DNA of 64,000 nt from the human T2T-CHM13v2.0 reference genome, Homo sapiens, in NCBI RefSeq assembly GCF_009914755.1, contig NC_060926.1; one strand, given 5' to 3'. The notes under the pieces were generated by a model. It made no database searches. It had not been told where the DNA came from and worked only from the letters and a program-made list of their open reading frames with translations. Position 1 is the first letter of the stretch. Every line of letters begins with the position of its first letter. A program made the translations under genes and the position numbers. Shown here piece by piece: positions 14,970 through 30,190 of the stretch.

Positions 14970-15027
14970 TATCCACCTTAGTAGCCCCTTGTGTATACAG
15001 ATACCGTGTACCGTGTAACCTCTTTAA

Positions 15028-15320
<293 letters not shown>

Positions 15321-16537
15321 ACAAACTACAGTCTTAATGATAAAGAGCAAAGAGCAAAGTCTTCATTCTAATGATAGTGGCAGCTCTTTCTTATTGCCTA
15401 CTTATTTCCTATGCACCAGGCAAAGTGCTTACTGTATCATCTCATTATTACTCCTTCCCAAACCAATAAATACATGCTCAAATGTCATAAATGCTCTTTT
15501 TGGAACACAGGTATCAAAACTGATATGTCATGATATACATTCCCTGCTTCCCTCCACCTCAAAGCCATTCCCTGGGGCTGCTCATAAAGTTGTTCCAGGG
15601 GCTCCTATTTATGTAGCCTACTTTTCCTATCCTTGTTTCATAGTTTCCAACCCTGTCCTTTAGTTACCCTTAGCGAGCTTATCTTAACACCAACACAAGC
15701 CTTGTTTAAAGGGAATGTGGAAAGTATATCTATTGGCTGGGAATGACTTCTCTGGTATGCAAAGTCCCTAGCCGAGTGAATTGAAGGCTCTGGGCCAAGG
15801 TCAGTTCCTGGGTAAAACCATAACTGGCAATATCATCCCTCGAAAGGTGGTTTGGAGGGGGCTGTGAACCACGCCTGTCGGTGATTAGCCTGTAATTATC
15901 TATCCTGTTTCTGGTTAACCTGATTTCCAGGGGTTCTCTCCTGATCTACTTGCTTAGCTCACTATTTAATTTCTACAACTTACACTAGAGGAAGGGAAAG
16001 ATAAGGGAACTAATATTTGGTGATTGCCCACTCTGTGTTAGGCTCTCCGCCGTGGGAGTTTTACATATTGGACTAAGGATGACATAAAATCCAAGAACAT
16101 TTTCTGGGGTTATTCTTTGTAGCTGCAGTTAATAATCTGGTAGAACTGTTTTAGAGATGTGATATAGTAAGTTGATCAGGTTTGGGTAGCACATCCATAT
16201 TTCTGTTAAAATTTCCAGTTGCGCATAAAAGCTGGTTGAATCTGGACTATATGGTAGCCAGTGTTTTACAAAGGAATTCAGGTCACATTTGCTTAGTTTT
16301 AGAAATGCTCTATAGGCCCTGTGTGATTTTTTTTTCGTGCAAGCAGAAAATGAATTCCTAGAAACTGGACAAAGTCAGCAGTAGCAGGTTAAGGGCACAG
16401 TTGGGAAAAATGGTCTTGACTTCATTACTCTGGCTGAAAGGTACCTAATCTTTCAGAGCCTCAGTTCCTTCCTTCCTTCCTTCCTTCCTTCTTTATCTCT
16501 CTGTCTCTCTCCTCTCTCTCTCTTTCTTCCCCCCCCC

Positions 16538-17085
<548 letters not shown>

Positions 17086-17208
17086 TGATAATAATTTTTA
17101 CTTTTCAGGGTTTTTGGAAGGATTAAAAATGAATTGAGGTATATAAAATGCCTAGCATATGCTAAGCATTCAATAAGTGGTAGCTATCATTGTCAATATT
17201 AGCAGCTT

Positions 17209-17566
17209 TGCTATAGAGTGAATGTTTGTGTCCTCCCAAATTCATATATTGAAATCTTAAACCCCACAGTGATAGGATAGTGGGGTCTTTGGGAGGTCAT
17301 TAGTTCACCTCATAGGTGAAGCTCTTATGATTGAGATTAGTGCCCTTATAAAAGAGACCCTAGAGAGCTAGCTTGCCCCTTCTTCCATGTAAGGTGATAG
17401 TGAGAGGTTGGTATCTGCAACCTGAAAGAGGGCCCTCACCAGAACTCAACCACTGGCACCCTCATGTTGGACTTCCAGCCTCCAGAACTGTGAGAAATAA
17501 ATTTCCATTGTTTATAAGCAACCCAGTTTGTGGCATTCTGTTATAGCAGCCTGAATGGACTAAGAC
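17209..17566 (+). mobile_element. MLT1A0-like solo LTR
   Basis: TGCTATAGAGTGAATGTTTGTGTCC...AATAAATTTC...GGACTAAGAC. Confidence 0.88.
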
Positions 17567-18199
17567 GAGCTCAAAATGAACAAATACACTAGCAGTGAAT
17601 TTCAGACAAAGCACCATCTTGCTGTAGTCACTTAAATAATGCAAGTAATTAGTGGCTTCCATTCTTCTTTTTTCCACTTCCGCAGTGCATTGGCAATACC
17701 AATACCTTTTTCTCCTCTGGGAAGGATTCCCTGGCCAGGTCCCTGCCCTTTCCCTCCTTGGGAGCCTCAAGACCTTCAATTGCTTAAGAGCAAGGAGGAT
17801 ATCTTCTTTTTGCATCTTTATTTCCTATCATAATTCCTAGAACTTGAAAGGGGCACTAACCATTCTTATTGAATTGGAGTAAAGTTCTAACTTTTAAAAA
17901 TGAAAACAAAATATGTGATTCAATATTTATTCGACTCCAATCTTCCCTCATACGAAAGGAGATCAACAGTATGGCTCTGCTTTTTGTCTTTCTTCTTAAA
18001 CCTTGATTACTTTGGCTTTTGGTTGGCTCTCAGGACAGAGAAAGGCAATGCTCGATTTTTGTGACTTTAGACCCCCTTCCCCCCGCAAAAGACTAATTAC
18101 TGACATAATGGATTTTGTTTTTTATTTCGTCATTCTGTGACTCAGACTAGGGAGGCTTTTTAGCTAATTGAATGGAGAGTGACTTTAGCCTACTATCAA

Positions 18200-18420
18200 A
18201 ACTACAAGGTAACATTTGAGGGCATTGAACTAAATCCTTTATGTGCATAATGTTATTTCATCTTTCCTACAGCCTTATGAAGTAGGTGTTATTAATATGT
18301 CTATGTTATATTTAAGGATACTGAGGATCAGAGAGTAACTGGACCAGGGTGTCATACTAGGATTAGGATTGAGCCTGCGTCTATGAGACTTTGAAGTCTG
18401 GCTTTTGAGTACCATACTAT
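18200..18420 (-). mobile_element. MIR
   Basis: CAGCCTTATGAAGTAGGTGTTATT..GATACTGAGGATCAGAGAG. Confidence 0.65.
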
Positions 18421-18433
18421 ACTATATCTAGAC

Positions 18434-18745
18434 TTTTTTTTTGTTTGTTTTTAAAGAGATGGGGTGTTACTCTGTCACCCAGGCTGGAGTGCAGTGGTGC
18501 AATCATGCACAGCTCATTGCAGCTTCGACCTCCCCAGGCTCAAGTGATTCTCCCACCTCAGCCCTCTTGAGTAGCTGGGACTACAGGTGTATGCCACCAC
18601 ACACCTGGCTAATTTTTGTACTTTTTGTAGAGATGGGGTTTTGCCATGTTGCCTGGGCTGGTCTTGAACTCCTGAGTTCAAGCAATCTGCCCACCTGGGC
18701 TTCCCAAAGTGCTGGGATTACAGTTGTGAGCCACAGCACCTGGCC
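18434..18745 (-). mobile_element. AluJ
   Basis: GCAGCTTCGACCTCCCCAGGCTCAAG; TTTGTAGAGATGGGGTTTTGCC. Confidence 0.9.
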
Positions 18746-18860
18746 CAGACTCAAATGTTTTTTTAAACTGAATTAAGAAAATGATTCCAAGAAAGAAAAG
18801 GTAATTCAGTCTTTCACTAAATGCTAATTGAGCACCTGCTAGAATTCTGTGGCGGTGCTA

Positions 18861-19270
<410 letters not shown>

Positions 19271-20661
19271 TCAAGGAGGCACTCACTCTCAGGTGACCTT
19301 GCACTTGAATGACCTGCAATCCCCGAAGCCGAAGCTGTGTGCCTCACTTGCCTCACCCTGGTCCCAGCCCTGCCTTTTGCCCTTGGGGCGTTCAGTGTTT
19401 AGCAAGGATCCCATATCAGTATGGGTCAGACCCGAAGAGAGAAACCACACAGTGATTTGAACAGGGAGTTTTAATATAGGGAATTATTAACCAGTAGTCT
19501 ATTGTTTAGAAACCAACAAGGACACAGAGGGAGAGAATACGACAAGCCAAGCCATGGAGTTTTGACCTTCAGGACAAAGTGAGGACTTTGTTTTTCCCTT
19601 ACGGCTGTGCCTGAGAGAGCATGACTTCCCCTATTTATTAGCAACATTAGACCGCAGCATTTCCTTTCAGATCACCCCAAGCATTTAGGCTATTTCAGGA
19701 ATCTAAATAACATCTCAGTCAAACTAACATTCCGAGAGAGAAATGTTTTAATATATCTTTTCCCAGAGTAGCCTTTAGGTCTCGGAGTGGGTGCAAACAG
19801 GCTGGGTGATGGTCGATATATTTGAAGATTCATGGGAATCCAGAAGTTTTGGCAGAGGTACATATGAATCTCAAGGAAAAATTAAATATAATTTGATATA
19901 ATGCAAACTGCACAGTAGAATTTGAATGCAGGACAAATCACAACAGCTGTTTGTCATCTCACTGAAACAGCAGTAACAGGATTGCTTAAACAAATTCCGT
20001 TCCTTTCTAGAATGTTCAGAGTATTTAATATTTGCATAATGATTAATCTCCTGCTCCAGAGGAAATTCCCAAAGGAAGAGACAACTCAGAAGCACTTTAA
20101 ATTGCAACACCACGGCACCACGGCAAAGAGATAAGAGGGAGCATGCCAAATCCCTAGTTTTGGGGCTACTCTCTCAGGAGAATTGTAAATAATGGTGGTC
20201 ACCTTGCTGAATATTAAACCAAGAACAGGATGGCTAAGAGGACACATTCCCAAACACTGGGACAAAGCATACTAACTGGGCCAAAGGTACACCACCAATT
20301 AAGGGATTACATCATGCCCGTATTATGGGGTGGTAGATCTTAAATATTTCAAGTTTTATTCTGTTCTTTGAAAAGGCTAAATTCTTATTCTTGGTGCCGT
20401 ACAAACCCACCCAAACCTATCCCCACCCACCCATCCAAGGAAAGTTCTGAATATATATATATTTTTTCATACAGGGTCAGTTGTTTATTTGCTGTGATTT
20501 GGGGGCCTCTGAGAAGCTTTTGGCTGCAGAAAGGGCAGCAGACTTGAAGTGTACCCCTAGGCTTCAGTAGGAGTTTGCCTGGATCAATGGGCTTTAACCT
20601 GGCTGTACTTTAGAATCACCTGGGGAACTTTACAATACCCTGGCCCGTAACAAAAACTCCC

Positions 20662-20800
20662 AGCCTCGTATGGTGGCTAATGCCTTTGGGAGGCTGAGGC
20701 ACTTTGGGAGGCTGAGGCGAGAGAGTTGCTTGAGCCCGAGTTTGAGACCAGCTTGGGCAATGTAGTGAGACCCCCATCTCTATAAAAAGAAAAAAACAAG
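20662..20800 (+). mobile_element. FLAM_C-like monomer with internal duplication, adjacent to a MER5 fragment
   Basis: TTTGGGAGGCTGAGGC occurs twice; A-rich tail. Confidence 0.8.
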
Positions 20801-20928
20801 AAAACCCCACAAATTATTAAACACTAAACACTCTCTCCTTCCTCTCCCTTTTTTGCACTTTTGGGTTTCAGGCTGTTTTTCAGAAGGCTCTTAAAGTCTG
20901 GCCTCTGAATGTGATAAAGACATCAATT

Positions 20929-21243
20929 GGCCAGGCATGGTGACTCACACCTGTAATCCCAGCAGCACTTTGAGAGGCCAAGGCGGGCAGATGACTTGAG
21001 GTCAGGAATTCGAGACCAGCCTGGGCAACATGGTGAAACCCCCATCTCTACTAAAAATACAAAAATTAGCTGGGTGTGGTGGTGGGTGCCTGTAATCCCA
21101 GCTACTCGGGAGGCTGAGGCAGGAGAATCGCTTGAACTCAGGAGGCAGAGGTCTCAGTGAGCCGACATGGTGCTCCTGCCCTCCACCCTGGCTGACAGAG
21201 CAAGACTTTATCTCAAAAAATAAATAAATGAAAATAAAAAAAA
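20929..21243 (+). mobile_element. AluS (Sz/Sx-like)
   Basis: Sense dimer. Confidence 0.92.
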
Positions 21244-21959
21244 TCTATCAGTATCATTTAGTCACAGCTTGTCAAATAACTTTCTGCCTCTGCTCTGAAA
21301 GGGTATTTTATAAAAGAAGTTAAAAATTTTATATGGATATTGACATTCTCATTGCTGAGGGGTTAGTATAGTCATTTGTAATGACTAAACATATTATTCA
21401 GTTATAATGACTAAACATATCTCATGACTCTGTTCTGAAACCTAGTACTAAATACATAGTTAATGAATAATATTCATTAACCATGGCCGTCATAAATATT
21501 CATCTAATGCCTGTCTTCATTTGAGGGTTAGTAACATGTTAAGGATATTTGTGGAGAGAATGAAAGTGATAAATTCTATCTATATTTACTCTTATTTAAA
21601 AAAAGCAAATTCATTTTTTAGAATACTCTTTGATAAAATCCTTTAACAAAAGGAAATTTCCTTTTAAAAAAGTCTTCTGTCTTTGAGTTAATACTCTTAC
21701 ACAAAGACAGTTTACTAATGTTTTGCTTGTTAAATGGCCAGTTGATGGACAGTGTAAACAATCCAATTCAACGAAGAGTAATACAAAGCAGTGTTCTAAA
21801 ACGTTAAACTGATGCCTTCCTAATAGTACTTCGGAGTTATTTTTCTAATGAAAAGAGGTAGCAGTAATTCACTGCCACCCTTTCCTGGTCTTCTTGATCA
21901 ACAACCCATCTTAAAGGTTGTTGGATGGAGTTGGTATATAGTCTGTGAATAGAATGGAG

Positions 21960-22158
21960 CAGGGACTGGTAACCTTTTTCTTCAAAGGGCCAAATAGTAA
22001 ATATTTTAGGCTTTACTACTCAACTCTGGTATTGCGATACTAAAGCAGCCCTAGAAAATATGTAAATGAATGGGTGTGACTGTGTTCCAAAAAACTTTAT
22101 TTTCAAAAACAGGCGGCAGACTGAGTTTGGCTTGCGGGCCATAACTCACCCACTTCTG
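21960..22158 (+). mobile_element. MER58A (hAT-Charlie)
   Basis: AAAGGGCCAAATAGTAAATATTTTAGGCTTT...TGTGTTCCAAAAAACTTTATT. Confidence 0.85.
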
Positions 22159-22299
22159 GAATACAGCAAACCCCATAGGGTGGTAAATTGGCTCTGAAGT
22201 TGCAATGGAAGTACAATCTAGGATTAGGAAGAAGCCAATGGGTGCCAGGGTTCTCTATGAGCAGGTGGCTCCACTATGATGGGAAAAGTCATGAGAAAG

Positions 22300-22570
22300 A
22301 ATTAATAATAATGAGTGGTAATAGCAATGGCTAATGTTTACTGATAATTTGCTATATAACTTGGGTTAAATACATGTTTTATCTCATATAATCTTTACAA
22401 TAACCTTGAGGTAGGTATTAACCTACTCCTATTTTGTAGATGAGAAAATTGGGGCATGGAGAGGTTACATACAATTCCCAAAGTCACACAGTTAGTAAGT
22501 GTCATGGCTGAGATGTGAATTCAGATAGACTGACTTTAGAGACTGCTCCTCTAAGGATGCATTACTACAT
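22300..22570 (-). mobile_element. MIR
   Basis: TTTTGTAGATGAGAAAATTGGGGCATGGAGAGGTT..CCCAAAGTCACACAG. Confidence 0.85.
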
Positions 22571-22724
22571 CCCCCCAGAGGACAGAGCCACATCCAAAGT
22601 CATCACAGCTGGGATGGAATAGAAGGGTCTCTATATAGACACTGTATAGATTCTAGGGTTTCTGTTCTGGTTCTAGGGGTTCACCATGCTGCAGATGGGC
22701 CAGGAATTGTGCCCTGGGATATGT

Positions 22725-23189
22725 ACTGGGGGAGACAGTTCTCCATAGGTCTCTCATATTTCTTCATGTTTTCAAGCAGAAGCATTGATAGCATTTTCCA
22801 AACATGTTTGCATATTGGAAAGCAGCCTTGGAAGACAGAGGTAGTATCTCCCTCTGGAACAGAGAGGGTTTGCTTGCTGCATAGTATAATAAAGATGATG
22901 CCTCTTTTTGGGGCAAAGTTGAGCAAGTTTATTTGTAGCTCATTATAAATTATTGGAGTTATTCGGCCATGATGGAATCCATTGTGTGTGCTACTGGGCT
23001 ACTCTGTTACCCTCTTGGACCTTGGGGGGCAAGAACTAATATGAACATAAATCTCACATTGCTTGCTGTGCTGAGTGAAACAAAGTCCTTTGCCTTTGGC
23101 CCAGGAGTCTCATGTCTTCTGCCAGTATCCTGAATCTGTGGCAGGCTAACTTGTTTTGTGCAAGCAGGGTAAAATGTCAGTTCTTGACA
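22725..23189 (+). mobile_element. LTR40-like ERVL solo LTR
   Basis: GGAGACAGTTCTCCATAGGTCTCTC...CAGCCTTGGAAGA...CCCAGGAGTCTCATGTCTTCTGCCAG...GTTCTTGACA. Confidence 0.75.
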
Positions 23190-23484
23190 TACACAGGAGG
23201 CACAGTAGATCCTAATGGCTGGTCTGAGGAGGAAAGCTGTTCACTCTTGGCTTGGTTTTGTGTCTTTTTAAATTATGGATGAATGAGGCCTGTGCTGAAG
23301 CCGGGGAGAGGCAAACCTCTACAAGCACGCGTAGCTCTTGATTACATAACTGGCAGAGTGCTATGGTCTTCTGAGAAGTTTTAAAACTGACCATATGGAG
23401 TTAAAGATGTACAATTGATTGGTTGGAATGATTTTCAATGAACCATAGCTGTAACATAAATATTACATTCCAGCTGTCTAATGT

Positions 23485-23650
23485 AGTGGTTCCCAGAGCT
23501 GCTCATTAGATCACATGGTAACATTAAAATAACAACGATAAAACAACAGATTCCTGAGCACCGCCTCATATGTGATAAATCAGAATATCTGGGGGAGAGG
23601 CTCAGAAATCAATATTTTACAGATTTCCCAGATTATTTAGATGCAGGCAG
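23485..23650. mobile_element. MER5-family fragment
   Basis: AGTGGTTCCCAG..CAGATTCCTGAGC..AATCAGAATATCTGGGG. Confidence 0.6.
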
Positions 23651-23747
23651 TCCCTGCACTGTTCTAATGATAAAGATTGAATTCTATCACAGACAAGTCC
23701 TGCTTCTCTGTACCTAAATTTTTTCATTTGTTACACAAAAAGCTACT

Positions 23748-23963
23748 CTAGAGCTGTGCTGTTCAATATGGTGGCAACTAGTCACAGGTGGCTATTTGAA
23801 ATACAATTTATCAAAATTAAATTTAAAATTCATTTCCTCAGTTCCATTAGCCACATTTCAAATATTTAATAACCACATGTGACTACTGGCTACAGTATCA
23901 TATAGCACAGATGAAGAACATGCCCATCATCATAGAAAATTCCATTGAATAGAGCTGCTCTAG
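23748..23963 (+). mobile_element. MER3-like hAT element
   Basis: GCTGTTCAATATGGTGGCAACTAGTCACAGGTGGCTATTTGA...TAGCCACATTTCAA. Confidence 0.8.
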
Positions 23964-23964
23964 A

Positions 23965-24245
23965 ATATCTTATTACACCAGAAAGGAAGGATGCTATCAA
24001 AGATGACTGAGGTTGTACCAAAAAGACTAGTAGCTAGCATAAATAAGCTTCCATTGGCCAAAGATGGGATAATTTGAGCACTAATTAGAATAATAACTGC
24101 AATGGATTTAAATACATCAAATATATTTAAACTCGTGGTTCATAATCATACTAAAATAATATTTATTGGTGACTTTTGGAGGATGCCAGGGAATGAAGTC
24201 ACTATCTGAAAACTGGAAAATAAAGGGTTATCAAGCATTTAATCA
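23965..24245 (+). mobile_element. L1MC/MD-type fragment
   Basis: CCATTGGCCAAAGATGGGATAATTTGAGCA..AATAACTGCAATGGATT. Confidence 0.6.
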
Positions 24246-24289
24246 GTACTGTTCATAAAGGAAAGCCTGGATAAATGCTTGAGATGGAC

Positions 24290-24515
24290 AGAGTTGCCTA
24301 TCAGAAAGCTCATTAGCAGGTCCTACAGAATGGGAGCACTGCTTGCCCTTTGCCATGCCCAGTTCAATAACATACCCTTGTACTGATTTTTCTTCCTCTC
24401 TTTTGTCATTTCCCATATCCTGCACTTCTATTCTCTGGGATCCTTAAATAAATTACTGCCTGCAAATCTCTATCTCAGGCTCTGCTTTTGGGGGTGAGGA
24501 ACTCTGGCTAGGACA
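24290..24515 (+). mobile_element. LTR16/LTR33-like ERVL LTR 3' part
   Basis: AATAAATTACTGCCTGCAAATCTCTATCTCAGGCTCTGCTTTTGGGG. Confidence 0.55.
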
Positions 24516-25324
24516 GCATTCTACTTCAAATTCTTGAAAGGGAATCCAACCCCACCTGGGTATAGATTTGGTTGCTTGGTTCAGACTTCTATTCCTCGTC
24601 CAATCTCTTGTGAGAGGCTGTTTCTTCCAGAGGTATAGTCGGAACTTCTTAAAGTTGAAGAAGTAGAAGGGAGAGAGAGTTATGGGGTCAAAACTGAATG
24701 CAAACCTGCATTGGAAAAAGATTCCCCAGGTGATTTTATGTATATTAAAGTCAAAGAACTCTACTTTAGAGGGTGTAATAATTATCTGGCTCAGGAACAT
24801 TTTAAAAATAGACAAGATGTTGAGTCCAAAGGTCAACGGGAAGCACGTTTGGGGGAAGAGGAACACACATTGTTACATGGGGGGTTGGAAGAGGAAAAGC
24901 AAGATTGAATGTATGTGAAACCTTTAAATCCACAGAGGAAAATGGATAATATGCAACATATGGTGCATGGTATAATAGCCTAATACACAGAATGTACACT
25001 ATGTGTACCTAGGTTATTGTATTCTGTACCATAAACCTCAAAAAATGTTCGAGCAGGAAGGTATCCAGCCCTCCAAATCAATAGAAAGCTGCCTCCACAT
25101 CCCTGTAGATATGGAACAGCTTCTTACTGAATGACTGTTAAATACTGAACCCAAGGCTGGGGCTGGGGCTGGGGTGTGTGTGTCCGTGAGGGAGGCAGAA
25201 CCAATTTTGGCAATTCACCACTTCCCACCCAGCACTTTGGGCTTCTCTGTTCCCATCCCCAGACTTCTAACATTGTCCGCCTCAGTACACGGCCTCTTCC
25301 TCCCATGCAAAAACTCTCAGTCAC

Positions 25325-25496
25325 AGGCAGGATGTACTGGGAGCTGTTTAACAACTGGCTCTCCAGAAAAAAAACAGAAAGCTCTGATTTGCAGCATTTT
25401 CCAATTTCTAAGGCATAAACACTCCCATCGCGGCTGATTGTAAATTACTGAACACAGAGTTGGGAGGTGGTATAAACTGGCCCCTGCTCACCACTG
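25325..25496 (-). mobile_element. MER63-like fragment
   Basis: TTTAACAACTGGCTCTCC..CTGATTTGCAGCATTTTCCAATTTC..CACCACTG. Confidence 0.55.
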
Positions 25497-25788
25497 GGAA
25501 TAAGTGGAAGAAAGCAAGGGGGGAAATAAATGGTGGAAAGACACTGTAGAGGGGTTTAAGACCTTCCCAGAAGTGAGGGAAAGGAAATCAACGTAGTGAT
25601 GACCTGGAGTCATTCCTTTAACTTCAGTTACTATGATTCGGAAACATTGGTTATCTGCCTCTTCACGTCAAATGGGACTCTGCAGAGGCTTGCCTTGCTT
25701 CTTTGGCTCCGTGTGGCATATTTGGCCATCTTATTCAATCTATGGCCTCTTAGCTTCAATGTTCCTGAGAATGTCCTTATATTGTGGC

Positions 25789-26104
<316 letters not shown>

Positions 26105-28969
26105 TAAAAGAGTCAGAAACTCAGCTGGAGAAAAGGTTTTAGGACAGCAAGAGTGCCTTGTATTGTGTTGTGATAGAAACCTCTTCCATAAACATTATCT
26201 AGGCCCTGGAATGCCCACACCCACCTTTCATGGGCATGTCACACCCCTTCTTCCCTGCCTGAATGCTCCTGACCCCCATCTGGCCTCCTCAGGTGTTAGA
26301 CACCCTGCTTCGCTGGCCACAATTCAAGCCCTCACCTGGTTTCCTTGGACTTCATCTGAGAGCTACCTGTCTTTCCTGAGAGAGCTCCAGCTGGCACAGA
26401 ACCCCTTCCCTTGGGGATACTGGCAAATACATATCCAACTTGCCATAGGCACTGGCAGGAAGCTCAGACCTGTCCTCCTGCCCACAAGCACTGCCTTGAA
26501 GGCTCATGCTGGCTCTCTGAGCGCCTGATCCAGTGGCCTGGGTCCTCTGGTCACCTCCCAAGCTGCAGACCATTGATTTCGTTTGCAGCTCTGGGCCAGC
26601 GGAACCCCCCGTTCTCATCCTTCCCAACAAAGCACACACTTGAATTTCCCATAACTGCTCTGGTTGCTCACTTTTTGCTTTTTCTTGGAAAGCATCCAGG
26701 ACGGGAATCTAGCTTAGTACAAAGAGCCTAAATTAATGCTTCTTAGCCTGCACAAAAAAATAATTTTTTGTTATCTTCTCTTTGTTGTCTAATCTGATCC
26801 AAGGTGACTTGCAGGAAAGAAATGCTTCCACTAGCAAGTTAAAAGTGTTCATTTTTGCAATCCTAATAGCTGTTTGAAATATAACAGCTTGTTTAGTCCT
26901 CTCCCCAGATGAATGTACCTTCATCTTTAGATTTATGATTTGGTTTTTATCTCTTCTGAAAATAGAGACAGATGTACTGGAAGTTCCCTTATCTCTGCCT
27001 CTCAGAACTGGGGCCTCTTTTCTGAGTTTTACTTGTCTTCTAGACACCCAAAGCAGCCACTAGTTAGGTTTATTCTTCTTAATTCTCATTTTCTCTCCAT
27101 ATGTTTTCTTCTCTGAGCCCATAAACACATCACCACTCTTCTTTACAAAGGCAGGGCCCCTTACATGATTTAGAACATTCTACATACTGACAGAGCCCTC
27201 CAGGTGGCTCAGCTAACTCACCACAGCTTTTGTCTTTCCAGGTTAGGGAAGGCATTAGGGCCAGAGGTCAGCATGCCCTTCCTGCCAACAGACAGCCTTG
27301 CTCCACCCCACTGAGTGTTCTGTTTGGAGTGAAGGCCAAAGGTCTCTGGACTAAAAAAAAATGCCTTTAATTCAAGCCCAAGTTATAAAAGAAAGAATTC
27401 CAGCTTCTGCTGTCAGGCCTGCGAGGCTGGCCAAGCTGGAGCATCCTTGACCTTTCTTTTTTCCTTCAGCCGTCCAATGAATTTGTGTCCAATTCGTCCT
27501 CCAACCCTCCACAGACAGTTGCATTCTATGATGCCTCTGGTGATTTGGAAGGCGGCCGAGCTAGGCACAAAAATAGGAGCGCCTGAGGCGAGAGATTCTT
27601 CCAAGGTTCTTGGTTGTCAGAAAGATGAACATCACCACATGGTTCTAAAAGAAGAGATGAAAGGGATTAACATTGTAAGCAGTTGTGAGATTAGACTCTC
27701 CAAGTCACTAGGCTCCAGATGAAGCAGGAGGCATAGCAGAGAAAATCCTGTGCTGGTATCGGTAAAATTATGAGCAAGGTTTTAGAGGATTCATCAGAGG
27801 AAGGCTAAGTTGAATGGGCACTAATGAGCTGATGACTCAAATCTAGGAAGGAATAAGATCATAACAACCAAAGCTCTGCATGAAGGTGGGTGCTGTATAA
27901 TTGTCACATCTACTAGAGACAGGCACTGGTCCCCAAGATGAGACTGGCTGGCCCCTTACCCAATGAACAAGTTATCAAATACTTAACTAAAATAAGAACT
28001 GTGAATATGCCCAGAAGGATTCTTTGCGCATGCACTTAAATATGTTACTCTCCCTATCTTTTATTAAGGCCCTTGTTTGGAGAAGGGACTGAACTAGATG
28101 TGCGCATGTCTTAAAAATGCTTACGAATCTTGAGCCTGGTATAACGTAAACACTCAGAAAACACTTTATTGTTTACAGTATAGTAGGACTCATCCCGTCG
28201 TGGGGAGCTATGGCAGTGGCCTTGAAAAGAGTGGGTATTAGTACACAAATGTTCAGAATGTCCCACAGTACTACATAGTGCCCAGTTCATGGATGAGCTG
28301 CCACTCTGCTGGGACAGGCTTCATCTGTTTATTTCAAATGTATAAATGTTGGGTGTTCTCTTGGTCTTAAAAGGGGTTAGATGTAGCACAGGGCATTTAT
28401 ATTGTCATGAAATCAGTCTGAGAGTGTTGGATGGGGGCATTAATATATGAAATCAGGGAAATAGCTTTTCCCTCATCCTCTTCATCTCCAAGAATATCTT
28501 TCTGAGATATTCTCTATTGTTCTGCCCAGTGCAGTTAGGTCTTACTTAGTTTGCCTTGTAAGGTCATTTCAGATTTTAATCGCTCTCCCCATAGGAAGTT
28601 TTTCCTGCTGTTCTGCCTGAGTTGCCTTCTGCTTAGTTTTAGTCCATTATGTCTGTAAAGAGAGGGAGGGTTTTATGGGGCAAAAGGCCCAATCATCGTG
28701 GGAAGAATGAATCATTCCAAGAACAGTGAGATGGGCTGGAAAGAGAAGGCAGCGAAGGGGCAGGAAGTTGTGGGTGGAATGGGTTACTGAGAACAGCACC
28801 AAAACAGTCTGTCTTCTCTCTCCATTACTCCCACTAGGGGGTGCCCAGCATCCCAGAATAATCACTATTGTTAGGAAGTTGAAGTTTGATGTGTCATCTC
28901 CTAATAGAAGGGCACTGGTTTCTCCCTGAGGGTTTTCTATATCTCTGCCCTGAGTTGAGAAGAGATCTC

Positions 28970-29038
28970 TGTGTGTGTATGTGTATGTGTATTGTGTGTG
29001 CATATTTGTTTGTGTGTATGTGCTTGTGTATGTGTGGG
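28970..29038. repeat. Degenerate (TG)n
   Basis: TG-rich tract. Confidence 0.8.
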
Positions 29039-29439
29039 TTAGAATCAGTAAGTGCACAAATGCCTCTTAAGCATTCATTTAGAGATTCTCAATTCATGGA
29101 AATCCTTAGGGATACACTGAGTTTTCCAGGACCCAGCTGACTTGATCTTGAAGTCAGTGGCTGGAGTAGTTGTGGGCCAGAAACATCCTCCTCAGCCCAG
29201 GAGAAGTGGCAGCTGATGTATTTTAATTACTGGGAGTCAAGAAGTTGTAGGGATAAGAAATGAGTTCAGCTGAGCGATCAGCTGGAGGTCAGGGATGGAG
29301 GAAAGACCCAGGGTGTGTGAGATTCTGAAGTAGAGTGGTGAACAGGTGTGGGATGGATGTCAGGGAGAGGTGAGGGTATCTGGAGGGTTTCCAAACAGCC
29401 AGGCCTTCAGGATGGCCACAGCAAAACTTCCAGTTCTGA

Positions 29440-29650
29440 ATGGTTTTGTGGAAAGAACATGGCACCTGGATCTTGGAAGACATGAACTGAAATTTCAGTT
29501 CAAGCATTCTATAGCCATGAGACCTGGGGGAATTGGGGCAAGTTATTTCACATCTTTGATCTTCAATTCTCTCATCTTCAAAAGGAGACTAATGATACTA
29601 GGGTTAAGTGAGAATTTAAAAAATAATGCATATAATGCACTACATAAATA
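29440..29650 (+). mobile_element. MIR
   Basis: GGGCAAGTTATTTCACATCTTTGATCTTCAATTCTCTCATCT. Confidence 0.7.
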
Positions 29651-30075
29651 GAATCTTCTTCCTTTCCCTTTCTCCTACTTGGAAATGGCTGAGAGCAAAG
29701 ATGCAGTTCTTGCATCCCATGACCACAGAGTTCTAGGACTGCAGCCCTGGGCAAGAGGTTCCACCTTGGCTGCTGGAGTTTTCTGCAACGAAGAACTTCA
29801 GTGAGTGTTCAGGGCATGCCTGCAGAACCCTGGTCCTTCTGTTTGGACCAGTGCTCCAAATCTGTAGGCCTTTGGGCCGTAATTTAGAAGCTATTTCTAA
29901 ATTTTTGAAGGTCTTCTGTCTAGTCCTGAGGCCTTTAGTCTCAGATAATTAAATTGTCTTACCCAGGGTCGGTCATACAGACTGCCAAAGCCTGGCCTGG
30001 CATCCAGGTGCAATGTTCATCTGTGTTACCAGTTCCTCCATGCTAACCTGACAATGACTCACAATTCCTTATAGC

Positions 30076-30190
30076 ACAGTGTTCCAAAGTCTGAGCCACA
30101 GACCACCTGTACTAGTAGCAGCCGGTGGGCTTGATAAAAATGCAGATTCCTGGCTCCCTGACAGTCCCGTGCTATCAGATTCTGTAAAGT
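30076..30190. mobile_element. MER5A fragment
   Basis: CAGTGTTCCAAAGT..AAAATGCAGATTCCTGG. Confidence 0.6.
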
